Positions 16,783 to 23,941 of a stretch of DNA of 40,603 nucleotides are shown in pieces. The notes below the pieces were generated by a model, which was not told where the DNA came from, ran no database searches, and was given only the letters and a program-made list of their open reading frames with translations. Origin of the DNA: a virus; the IMG/VR virus record IMGVR_UViG_3300035703_000183, positions 1-40,603 of that record. One strand, written 5' to 3'. A program made the translations under genes and the position numbers. The first letter of the stretch is position 1. Each line of letters begins with the position of its first letter.

Positions 16783-16945
16783 CTAGCTTGGCGGCAATGA
16801 AGCCGGAGCATAGATGCGCCCGTTCAGGATTCAAGGTTGCCACCCATGACAGCAATATGTTGTCTGGGATAGGCGTGATGTGCCTGGCGCACAGATGCTT
16901 CTGGTGGCAGTCAACGCCGTGGCAACGGGTGATGTCGTTAAGCAT
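16775..16945 (-). CDS. Small Cys/His-rich protein (56 aa)
   Basis: Hand translation gives MLNDITRCHGVDCHQKHLCARHITPIPDNILLSWVATLNPERAHLCSGFIAAKLDE. It has 8-nt overlaps with both neighbours (ATGCTTAA, ATGAGTAA). Confidence 0.5.
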   Translation of the reverse strand: MLNDITRCHGVDCHQKHLCARHITPIPDNILLSWVATLNPERAHLCSGFIAAKLDE

Positions 16946-17177
16946 CGGCACTCTCTAACTCGGCGGCAATGGCTAGGAGTGAAACGCGGATTACGTCATC
17001 ACTCTCGAAGTAGGACTCAGGTACCACCTGATCCGCAGCAGCTCGCAGAGCGGCAACAACATCGGACTTGATCTGATCAATCGACTTTGGACAGGCGAAA
17101 TACGGCACGTCGTACCGCTTGATGGTTACAGCATTCAGCACCGCCTGCGCGGCGGGGGAGAGGTTAGTCATCGTCAT
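16938..17177 (-). CDS. Hypothetical protein
   Basis: Start at ATG 17177 or 17171, overlapping the upstream stop. The track ORF extends to 17192. Confidence 0.5.
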   Translation of the reverse strand: MTMTNLSPAAQAVLNAVTIKRYDVPYFACPKSIDQIKSDVVAALRAAADQVVPESYFESDDVIRVSLLAIAAELESADA

Positions 17178-17403
17178 CCGGCAACTTTGCAATCAAGCGC
17201 TCCAGATACCAGCGAGCCTTCATCAAATCCTGCCGTGGATCATCTTTACACCAGCAGCGCTCAACATACTTAAGCACCTGCCACTGCAGACCTCCCAAAA
17301 CGGGATCTGGCGCAAACTGCACAGCATCCTCAATTTTGTCAATCACCTCAAACTGACGCATCCCACTGGCGTAATGCGTGGGATGGTTGACTGGATCGTT
17401 CAC
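17164..17403 (-). CDS. DUF3310-like (SaV-like) phage protein
   Basis: NDPVNHPTHYASG...FEVIDKIEDA matches the NHPxHY...E.ID signature. The GTG start overlaps the dcd stop (GTGA). Confidence 0.65.
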   Translation of the reverse strand: MNDPVNHPTHYASGMRQFEVIDKIEDAVQFAPDPVLGGLQWQVLKYVERCWCKDDPRQDLMKARWYLERLIAKLPDDDD

Positions 17404-17918
17404 TGAAAATACCCCTTGGATTGTTGAACAGTGCCGTCGTTTTGGTAGTGCCCACGCGCTGCATAAGTAAGTTGCGGTACTTCTGCTAAGCGGTGAACTA
17501 CAAGCTGCCCAATGCGCATCCCATGCCAAATCGGAATCGGATGGAACCGCCTGATGTTGCTCAGCTCCAGTGTCAAGATCCCGGAAAACCCGCTGTCTGC
17601 AAATCCGGCCAAGCTGTGCTCAATCCCTTCCCTGGCACGGGAAGACTTGAGCATGAACTGCACCGCGCAGTCATCAGGCACCGTGATGCGCTCCAGTGTT
17701 GCCGCAAGCAAAAACTCACCCGGCGCCATGAAGTACGGCGACTCCTGACTGGTGTCCCCGATGCTGACCTGCTGGAACTCAGTCGCAAGCTGAGTCTCAA
17801 ACAAGATCGTCGGCCCCAGTCGTACATCCAGCGAACAGGGATTTACCAGTGCTGGGTCGTACTGATCGACAAGGCCCTGTTTGCACAGGGCCGCAATTTG
17901 CGAATCACACAAAAGCAT
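17400..17918 (-). CDS. dcd: dCTP deaminase / dUTPase-superfamily enzyme
   Basis: MLLCDSQI, SLDVRLG, PGEFLLAATLERITVP, KSSRAREGI, DSGFSGILTLELSN and GMRIGQLV parallel the conserved blocks of E. coli Dcd. Confidence 0.85.
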   Translation of the reverse strand: MLLCDSQIAALCKQGLVDQYDPALVNPCSLDVRLGPTILFETQLATEFQQVSIGDTSQESPYFMAPGEFLLAATLERITVPDDCAVQFMLKSSRAREGIEHSLAGFADSGFSGILTLELSNIRRFHPIPIWHGMRIGQLVVHRLAEVPQLTYAARGHYQNDGTVQQSKGYFQ

Positions 17919-18334
17919 CAGCTATGAAGCGTGACAACGTTGGACACAGCCGGCTCGACATGTTTCCATGTCTTGCCGTACTTGATGCAGTTGATTGTGG
18001 TGGGATGCACCCCGTACCGCTTAGCCAGCTTGACTGCAGATAACTCCTTGGCGATCAAGATGCGCTTGATCTCCCGCACATCTGCCTCACGCAGCATCTC
18101 CCGCTTCTTGCGGCGAGACACACGAGTCTTAGGTTGAGACTGGGGCTGCTTGACGGTTTCCGGAGTTTTTTGCTCCAGTTCGAGGGTGACGGTCTGGGCG
18201 CAGCCGACGATCCGCGTCAGGTTCTGAATGATGTCAGACGCTGCCTGGATGTTGGTCAGCAGATCGTGGGTTTCTCTGTCAGAGAGAAGAGTGAGCATGA
18301 GAGTTGGTTGAACGTTGTGCAGTGTAGTACTCAA
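17918..18334 (-). CDS. HTH DNA-binding protein
   Basis: The C-terminal AVKLAKRYGVHPTTINCIKYGKTWKHV is a typical helix-turn-helix segment, preceded by a basic linker. Confidence 0.55.
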   Translation of the reverse strand: MSTTLHNVQPTLMLTLLSDRETHDLLTNIQAASDIIQNLTRIVGCAQTVTLELEQKTPETVKQPQSQPKTRVSRRKKREMLREADVREIKRILIAKELSAVKLAKRYGVHPTTINCIKYGKTWKHVEPAVSNVVTLHS

Positions 18335-18582
18335 TCAGCCTGTTGGGCATAAGCCCGTTGAATCGCAATAAGAGTCTCAGTTGGGACACTGAGAATCTCG
18401 AACAGCGCCAGGGCGGCTAGGCGGTCAGGCGTAACAGTGTCAGCAGCGGCAAGAGTGTCAGAAACTCGCCGATGAAGCTGACAGAGGTTGCGTGGGGCGA
18501 CCCACGTCGAATCGCCCGGTATCGGCTCGGTGCCGTAGTCCCAGTCGTCATAGTCATCTTCATTCCGCGTCGTCCTCGCCAA
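18331..18582 (-). CDS. Hypothetical protein (start uncertain)
   Basis: The track ORF 18331..18657 overlaps 18560..18841 by about 98 nt. A TTG at 18582 would reduce the overlap. No ATG or GTG lies nearby in this frame. Confidence 0.35.
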   Translation of the reverse strand: MARTTRNEDDYDDWDYGTEPIPGDSTWVAPRNLCQLHRRVSDTLAAADTVTPDRLAALALFEILSVPTETLIAIQRAYAQQAD

Positions 18583-18841
18583 AGTCGTAGAGATCGGACT
18601 GGTCCACCACCTCCCAGTTCTCGATTCGGTCCTCGAACATGCGCCGGAGTCCTGCATCGGTAGCTGGAATTACGTCTTCATCACAAAAGTAGAAGGAGCC
18701 TCGGCACACGGCAGGCCCCCATTCGGCCGGCTCTTCCATGGTGGGCGGATGCACCACGACCACATCATCAACCAGGGCCTCGACATGGCACGTCCCATCC
18801 ACCCCAAAAGAAAGGTCCAACACTTCGAGAACATCAGCCAC
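18560..18841 (-). CDS. Hypothetical acidic protein
   Basis: 93-aa ORF, 8-nt overlap with the upstream gene. Confidence 0.5.
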   Translation of the reverse strand: MADVLEVLDLSFGVDGTCHVEALVDDVVVVHPPTMEEPAEWGPAVCRGSFYFCDEDVIPATDAGLRRMFEDRIENWEVVDQSDLYDFGEDDAE

Positions 18842-19085
18842 GGCTCACCTCCTCAACACGATGGCCGGTCAACTGCTCCATCCACGTGTCCCAGCTCATC
18901 TTGAGCCATTGCTCCATGTCCTCCAGGTGTTCCAGCTGGTGCCTGTCGTAACTGGCGCTGAGACCGTACTTCTCGGTGTTTGCGATGCGTTCTTTGATGC
19001 TGGTGATGGCCCAGCGGGTTGCGAAGTAGTACTCGCTGAGCTTGCTGTTGTCCAGCTTGGTGTGCAGGCTGGTGTGGGTGTCCAT
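18834..19085 (-). CDS. Hypothetical protein
   Basis: 83-aa ORF preceded by agaggact SD-like sequence. Confidence 0.55.
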   Translation of the reverse strand: MDTHTSLHTKLDNSKLSEYYFATRWAITSIKERIANTEKYGLSASYDRHQLEHLEDMEQWLKMSWDTWMEQLTGHRVEEVSRG

Positions 19086-19090
19086 AGTCC

Positions 19091-19131
19091 TCTAATACAG
19101 AAACAGGGCAGGAAGCTCTCGCCCCCTGCCC
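19091..19131 (-). terminator. Possible intrinsic terminator (leftward)
   Basis: The stem is GGGCAGG (19106-19112) / CCTGCCC (19125-19131). On the minus strand it is followed by TGTTTCTGTATT. Confidence 0.4.
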
Positions 19132-19132
19132 A

Positions 19133-19146
19133 TAGTGTTACACACA
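19133..19146. promoter_or_regulatory. Conserved box TAGTGTTACACACA (copy 1)
   Basis: Identical 14-mer also at 23020-23033. Related TACAC boxes occur in other intergenic regions. Confidence 0.5.
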
Positions 19147-19181
19147 GCCAGCGGTGCCGGCAATCCCGTCAGTTGTAAAAC

Positions 19182-19577
19182 TTAACCCTCGGGTACGCCG
19201 AGGATGTGGGCCGGGTAGGTGGTCAGCACAGAGACGTCTGCCCCCTGGCGCAGGGCCTGCCCAACGACGTAGTGGAAGATTCGGGTGCTGTCGCCGCACT
19301 CGAAGATCTGGATCTCATCGACCTCGACAGGCTTGCCCTTCCTAAACCAGCTGGTACGCACGATGCTGTGGATCTCATCGGGCACGTTGCCGACGGTGTA
19401 ACAGAGCGTGGGCCGCCTAGGCGGCCTCGGCTCACGCTTGGACTTGTCTGCGACATCCACGGGGTCTCTCCAGAAGATCCAAGCGACCACCCGCAGGAGG
19501 CCCAAGAAAAAGTTAGGCGTTCGTAGCACGGGCAGTTCTCCGGTAACGGCAGGGTTTTGCGTACACCCGCTCGTCAA
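19182..19577 (-). CDS. Hypothetical protein
   Basis: 131-aa ORF with an N-terminal hydrophobic segment FFLGLLRVVAWIFW. Confidence 0.5.
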   Translation of the reverse strand: MTSGCTQNPAVTGELPVLRTPNFFLGLLRVVAWIFWRDPVDVADKSKREPRPPRRPTLCYTVGNVPDEIHSIVRTSWFRKGKPVEVDEIQIFECGDSTRIFHYVVGQALRQGADVSVLTTYPAHILGVPEG

Positions 19578-19607
19578 GACACGGGAATGACCCGCGTGTC
19601 TGTTGTA

Positions 19608-22046
19608 CTACGTCCAGCTGTCCGAGGCACTTCGCATCAGCTGTGCCATCTCCTCGGGAGTGCGTTGGCTCTCGCGCGTGAAGATAGACGTGTCCTGCTG
19701 TCCCAAACTCTGAGATCCACTGCCCTGCAACGGATCTACTGTTTTGAGTTGTCCCATTTTGTCCCGTTTTGTCCCAACCTGTCCTTTGGATGTCCCAGAG
19801 CCCGTCTGAAGCTCCGGTTTGGGACAACTTGGGACAACTTGGGACAAACTGGGACAACCCATTTCCTGAGATCCCTCTCCAGCACTGGATTCTTCTTCTT
19901 TGGGACAAGCTATACCTCCTCCCCCCACGCGCGCGAGTACTGCTGAGTAGCGCTTGCTGGAACGTTCTCCTTCAACCGAGACCAACCCCCGGTCGACCAA
20001 GCGCTGGAGCGACTTCGAGATTGCGCTGACGCTGCCCCCAAGGAGAGGGTCGGCGTTCAACTCAGTCCGAGTCATTGGCACGCCTTTGGTGCGCAGCCGC
20101 TGAAGCACCCGGTCGATGATCGAGGCAGGACTAGCCGAATCGACTCCTTCCAGAGCCGGCAGATCCTGGAGCGAGAACGTCAGGTCTTCCTGCTGGCGCA
20201 GGATCAGCTGCTTGCCCTCGTTCCCTTCCCGGCTCTTACCGATGGTTATGAGCCGTGCAGAAGCCCCTACACGCTCCAGCTCGGCCTTCTCCGGCCTACG
20301 GATACCCCAAGACTCATCCACGGCATCCTGGAGCGCCGAGGTGCCCCTGAAGTCGCCCGTTTTGGCTGCGTGGTGGATGAAGACGATCGTGGTTGCTGGG
20401 AAGCTCTCGCCGTTCTCGGCGCTGTACCAGTAAATGGGCTCGGCATATTCGGCCTTGTTCTGGTCGTAAGCGCAGCCCCTCATACAGGCCGTAACGGAGT
20501 CCCACACAACAAGGGAAGGCCGATGCTCTTCGATCTGCTGGATAAACCACGGATACCAGAGCATCGAAACCTTGTTCTGTACCACAACAGGGTCATCAGC
20601 TGTGAAATCCAGATCGGCAAACTGCTTGCGAATCCGCCGACTGTTTTGATCACCATTCAGCCAAAGCACCTTGCCCGGTTCAACTGGAACATCAGCCCCT
20701 CGCACAGAAAACGGGATTCCGCGTGCAATGTGCTTGGCAAGCGTCATGACAGCCATAGTTTTGCCGCAGCCTCCACGTCCGTGGATCAGCACTGTCCCCG
20801 GCTTAGGCAGTAGATCAGGAATGAGGTATTCGATTGGCGTGTCCTCCGTGGCAAAAATTTCCTGGAGAGTTCCTCCCTGTGATCCGCGCCTGTATTCCTG
20901 ATCCGCAATCAGAAGCCGCACAACCGCAGCGGCCTCCCTGTAACCAGCTTCCAGCGCAATTTCGTGGAGCTTGTGCTGCACTTCCGAAGGATTGGGCAAC
21001 CCCATGGCCGCCGTCGCCCGTTTGACGATTTCCTCGTGCGAAAGACCAGTGCTACGGAATCGCTGCACGCGATCTTGCTCAACACTGTCAACAACCTTGC
21101 GCAAATCCTCAGACAGCCACAGCCGCCCTGGCATCTGCTGATCAGCCATCCAGAACAGCGACCCAAGCGTCACCGGCCCTTTCTTGAAAGACTTCCAAAC
21201 CTCCTCGCAGGGGTTGGAGCTAGCCCACTCTTCGCTGTACTCAGGATCATCTGACGACCATGCCGCCCACAAGGTGAGGCCCAAGTCCGTAGGCAACTCC
21301 GAGTGGATCGCCATACCCACCTTGACCCAGTGGTCCCGACTACCGGCCCCCTGCCCTGGAATCACCCGCAATGCGGACTGAATAATCTCAGCCACCTCAG
21401 CCGGATCTCGATCTGAGAAATCAAGCGCCTTGCGGTTCTTGATGAACCCGCCGTCCTGTAGCTCTTTGCCGGCGGAATCACGCATCTCAGCCAGCAGCCA
21501 CGCTGGAGCCTCCGGGATGGCCTCCAGATCACCCTCAAAGCCGTACCGCCCAGCCGGAGCCTTCCCATCACTGGAGCCCGGATACGCCCCGTAGAGGAGC
21601 CCCTGACGGCCCCAGAGGACCTCATAGCCCTGCCCGGTATCGGACAACCCAAAACCCCTTACAACGCCCCACAGAGCCTCTGGGACGCGAAACAGGTACT
21701 TCGCCGCATTGGCCTTGGTGGAGGTAACGACTGGAGCACCGTCGAGCGAATCGCACCACTTGCTCTTCAATCTGGCGAGATTCCTGTCCACATCAAGGAT
21801 TACGAGGCCGTTGCTCCTCGCCCCAGTGAACACACCAACCGCCTGGAACACTTCCGGCTTGCGCTCGATCTGCAACGCGACATCCGCCGGATCCATGACG
21901 ACGTGATGCGACCGTTCCAGCGGCGTCTTGCCCTTGCTGATTTTCCCGGACTGGAGCAGCGCATCTTTCCGGTAAATGGGCGCATACGCCAACCCGACAG
22001 GCAACTGGCGCACAAATGCCAGAAGCTCTTGCGTCTCATGCGACAC
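19608..22046 (-). CDS. Bifunctional primase-polymerase / P-loop helicase with C-terminal winged-helix domain
   Basis: The N-terminal prim-pol motif is VGVFTGARSNGLVILDVD, followed by a PriCT-like DHWVKVGMAIHSE. Walker A is IHGRGGCGKT and Walker B is SLVVWDSV. The wHTH-like segment is ISKSLQRLVDRGLVSVEG. GTG start with AGGAG 9 nt upstream. Confidence 0.85.
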   Translation of the reverse strand: MSHETQELLAFVRQLPVGLAYAPIYRKDALLQSGKISKGKTPLERSHHVVMDPADVALQIERKPEVFQAVGVFTGARSNGLVILDVDRNLARLKSKWCDSLDGAPVVTSTKANAAKYLFRVPEALWGVVRGFGLSDTGQGYEVLWGRQGLLYGAYPGSSDGKAPAGRYGFEGDLEAIPEAPAWLLAEMRDSAGKELQDGGFIKNRKALDFSDRDPAEVAEIIQSALRVIPGQGAGSRDHWVKVGMAIHSELPTDLGLTLWAAWSSDDPEYSEEWASSNPCEEVWKSFKKGPVTLGSLFWMADQQMPGRLWLSEDLRKVVDSVEQDRVQRFRSTGLSHEEIVKRATAAMGLPNPSEVQHKLHEIALEAGYREAAAVVRLLIADQEYRRGSQGGTLQEIFATEDTPIEYLIPDLLPKPGTVLIHGRGGCGKTMAVMTLAKHIARGIPFSVRGADVPVEPGKVLWLNGDQNSRRIRKQFADLDFTADDPVVVQNKVSMLWYPWFIQQIEEHRPSLVVWDSVTACMRGCAYDQNKAEYAEPIYWYSAENGESFPATTIVFIHHAAKTGDFRGTSALQDAVDESWGIRRPEKAELERVGASARLITIGKSREGNEGKQLILRQQEDLTFSLQDLPALEGVDSASPASIIDRVLQRLRTKGVPMTRTELNADPLLGGSVSAISKSLQRLVDRGLVSVEGERSSKRYSAVLARVGGGGIACPKEEESSAGEGSQEMGCPSLSQVVPSCPKPELQTGSGTSKGQVGTKRDKMGQLKTVDPLQGSGSQSLGQQDTSIFTRESQRTPEEMAQLMRSASDSWT
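19748..19860. repeat. Inverted iteron-like array: 5x TTGTCCC-type boxes then 4x GGGACAA boxes, 10-bp phased
   Basis: GTCCC starts at 19751, 19761, 19771, 19781 (gtcct) and 19792. GGGAC starts at 19821, 19831, 19841 and 19851. The centre is near 19807. Confidence 0.8.
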
Positions 22047-22059
22047 GATGTTAGACTCC

Positions 22060-22065
22060 TACAGT
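22060..22065 (+). promoter_or_regulatory. -10-like hexamer TACAGT (rightward)
   Basis: It fits the TAnnnT pattern and lies in the divergent intergenic region 14 nt upstream of a strong hairpin terminator. Confidence 0.35.
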
Positions 22066-22079
22066 GAAAGTTTTGAGTG

Positions 22080-22111
22080 TGCCCCGAGGCCGGCAGCCTT
22101 GGGGCATTTTT
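22080..22111 (+). terminator. Strong intrinsic terminator-like hairpin in the leader of the rightward ssb-exo operon
   Basis: The 10-bp stem is TGCCCCGAGG / CCTTGGGGCA (one G-T pair), with a 7-nt loop followed by TTTTT (22107-22111). Confidence 0.6.
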
Positions 22112-22164
22112 CTATGGTAGCCATCCAGGCAACCCCGTGCTACTGTATGAGAGTTGCCATCCGG

Positions 22165-22202
22165 CGACCATCCAAACCGACCATCCAAACCGACCATTCA
22201 CC
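22165..22202 (+). repeat. Three tandem 13-bp repeats CGACCATCCAAAC x2 plus CGACCATTCACC abutting the start codon
   Basis: Read directly from the sequence. Two more CCATCC copies occur at about 22121 and 22157. Confidence 0.85.
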
Positions 22203-22784
22203 ATGGCATTTCTTTCCAAGACTGCTTCAGCCAACGTCAACAGCTCGGGCAGCGGCGGCGGCTACCTGCAACTTTCCAAACTCCCTGACGGCGGCTCAGT
22301 CCGCTTCGCACTGCTCTCGGACGAGCCCCTGGAGGGCTACGAAGTCTGGGGCCAATGCGCCGGCCAGTCCAAGCCCTTCCGCTTCGAGCAAGAGCCCACG
22401 CCCGAGGACGTCACGGTCGAGCTGGGCGACTTTGAAGCACGCGAAGGCCGTGGCGGCCCTGGCACCGTCGACCTGAAGTTCTTCATTGCAGTCCCGGTCT
22501 ACAACTACGAGTCCGGCAAAGTCCAAGTCCTGCAGATCACGCAGAAGTCCATCCTGAAGGAAATCGACCAGATCTCCCAGATGGAGGATTACGAGGATTT
22601 GCTTGCCTGGGACTTCACGATCAGCAAGAAGGGCTCGGGCCTTACGACGGAGTACACGGTCCGCCCTGTCCCGCGCAAGAAAGGCAGCCAAGAGCACATC
22701 GACGCCGCCTGGCTGGAGGCCAAGTCCGAAGGCTTCGACATTTCGAGGCTTTTGACAGGAGCCAACCCCTTCAAGGCTGTCTGA
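22203..22784 (+). CDS. Putative ssDNA-binding protein (OB-fold, DUF669-like)
   Basis: 193 aa from the internal ATG of track ORF 22077..22784. It has a pattern of N-terminal beta-rich region and acidic tail, and is adjacent to a nuclease. Assignment is by recollection of family features only. Confidence 0.45.
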   Translation: MAFLSKTASANVNSSGSGGGYLQLSKLPDGGSVRFALLSDEPLEGYEVWGQCAGQSKPFRFEQEPTPEDVTVELGDFEAREGRGGPGTVDLKFFIAVPVYNYESGKVQVLQITQKSILKEIDQISQMEDYEDLLAWDFTISKKGSGLTTEYTVRPVPRKKGSQEHIDAAWLEAKSEGFDISRLLTGANPFKAV

Positions 22785-22891
22785 TAACACTGGAGTTATC
22801 ACTTACCCCGGCTTCAGCGTTCCCCATGCGCTGTGTAAGACCGGGGCTTCTTATTGCCACGCCGAGCTTGACACTAGGTAGTAGAATCCAG

Positions 22892-23740
22892 ATGGGAAAG
22901 AGTATCTGCATGGCCTCCAATACCCAAGACGTACTGGCAGGCCTACGTAAATGGCGACTGGAGCAAGACAACTCTGGCCCCCACCGGGTCTACCGAGACC
23001 AAAAAGGCAATATCTACACTAGTGTTACACACATCCTAAAGGAAACCAGCGACCAGACCGGACTGGTACGTTGGCAAGAACGACTGGGACCTGTCGAAGC
23101 CACCGCCCAGCGCAACGTTGCTGCCACCCGAGGCAACATGGCCCATTCACAAGCTGAATATTTGCTTAAGACTTCCCAGCAACTGGCACGTAACACCGCC
23201 AATAAGCGCAACGCTATTCACTGGGACACTGACGGATTGGCTCGGATTCCCTCGCCAATCACGCAATGGGCCCTACAGAAAGTCCGCCCCAATGTCCCCC
23301 GTGTTGGTTGGAGCGCATCCGGCTACGCACGCGGCCTATCTGACTGGATCGTCACTAATGTGACAGAAATCTTTGCATCCGAATTTTCCATACATCATCC
23401 AGCCGGCTTCGCCGGCACCTGCGACGGACTGGTGTGTCTCAAGGGGCATTCAGGCATCATCGTTGCTGACTGGAAAACCACAGTCAACCGCAAGCAGCTC
23501 GACGACGCCCATTCATACGTCCACCAGCTTGGAGCGTACAGCCTGGGACTGCAGCACCTGACGGGCCTCCGCCCATCCGGCGGTGTCATTGTGCTGGCAC
23601 GCCGCTGTGGTCCACCCCAGCAGCACTTTCTCGGCGATACAGAGCTGCGTGCTGCAGAAGATGCATACCTCGCTCGCGTGGTGCGTTACTTCCAAGACCT
23701 CGAAAACCCATTCAAGGCCTCAGGCTTCGCCTTCGGCTAA
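22892..23740 (+). CDS. PD-(D/E)XK family exonuclease
   Basis: GTCDGLV...IIVADWKTT gives the D...D-x-K motif, and YVHQLGAYSL gives QxxxY. Start is 22892 or 22910. Confidence 0.7.
   Translation: MGKSICMASNTQDVLAGLRKWRLEQDNSGPHRVYRDQKGNIYTSVTHILKETSDQTGLVRWQERLGPVEATAQRNVAATRGNMAHSQAEYLLKTSQQLARNTANKRNAIHWDTDGLARIPSPITQWALQKVRPNVPRVGWSASGYARGLSDWIVTNVTEIFASEFSIHHPAGFAGTCDGLVCLKGHSGIIVADWKTTVNRKQLDDAHSYVHQLGAYSLGLQHLTGLRPSGGVIVLARRCGPPQQHFLGDTELRAAEDAYLARVVRYFQDLENPFKASGFAFG
23020..23033. promoter_or_regulatory. Conserved box TAGTGTTACACACA (copy 2, inside the exonuclease gene)
   Basis: Identical to 19133-19146. Confidence 0.4.
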
Positions 23741-23906
23741 AACCCATTCATGCCTGGAATCTCATTCATGGCCTTGCGAGTTTCTGACAGTTTTTGTAGT
23801 GCATACGTACTAGCCTCCATGGCTGCTGGTACCGGGCCGACTCTGCCCTTGACTCTGCCCCTGGGGTGTCTCGTAGTGTGTCTCGTGAGTCTCACCCGTA
23901 GACAGT

Positions 23907-23934
23907 GAAAAAGCCCCAGCCGGTTGACTGGGGC
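23907..23934 (-). terminator. Intrinsic terminator (leftward)
   Basis: On the minus strand GCCCCAG-tcaaccgg-CTGGGGC is followed by TTTTT, immediately downstream of 23942..24355. Confidence 0.7.
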
Positions 23935-23941
23935 GGATGAC

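Noticed and set aside
19748-19860. CRISPR-like array or tandem satellite
   Set aside because: The repeats are only about 9 bp at 10-bp spacing with no unique spacers, they are arranged as inverted arms, and they lie within a coding region. This fits iterons, not CRISPR.
22296-22802. 168-aa minus-strand ORF opposite the ssb-like gene
   Set aside because: It is antisense to a coding-like plus-strand ORF that is followed by a co-oriented nuclease gene, and it has no plausible start context.
22866-22886. TTGACA...TAGAAT as a canonical sigma70 promoter for the exonuclease gene
   Set aside because: The two hexamers are separated by only 8 nt instead of about 17, so they cannot function together as a -35/-10 pair. 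Only the -10-like TAGAAT remains plausible.
23741-23941. attP site or tRNA gene in the largest intergenic region
   Set aside because: I could not fold a cloverleaf or T-loop (GTTCGAAT-like) consensus, and no integrase or excisionase is encoded anywhere in the genome.
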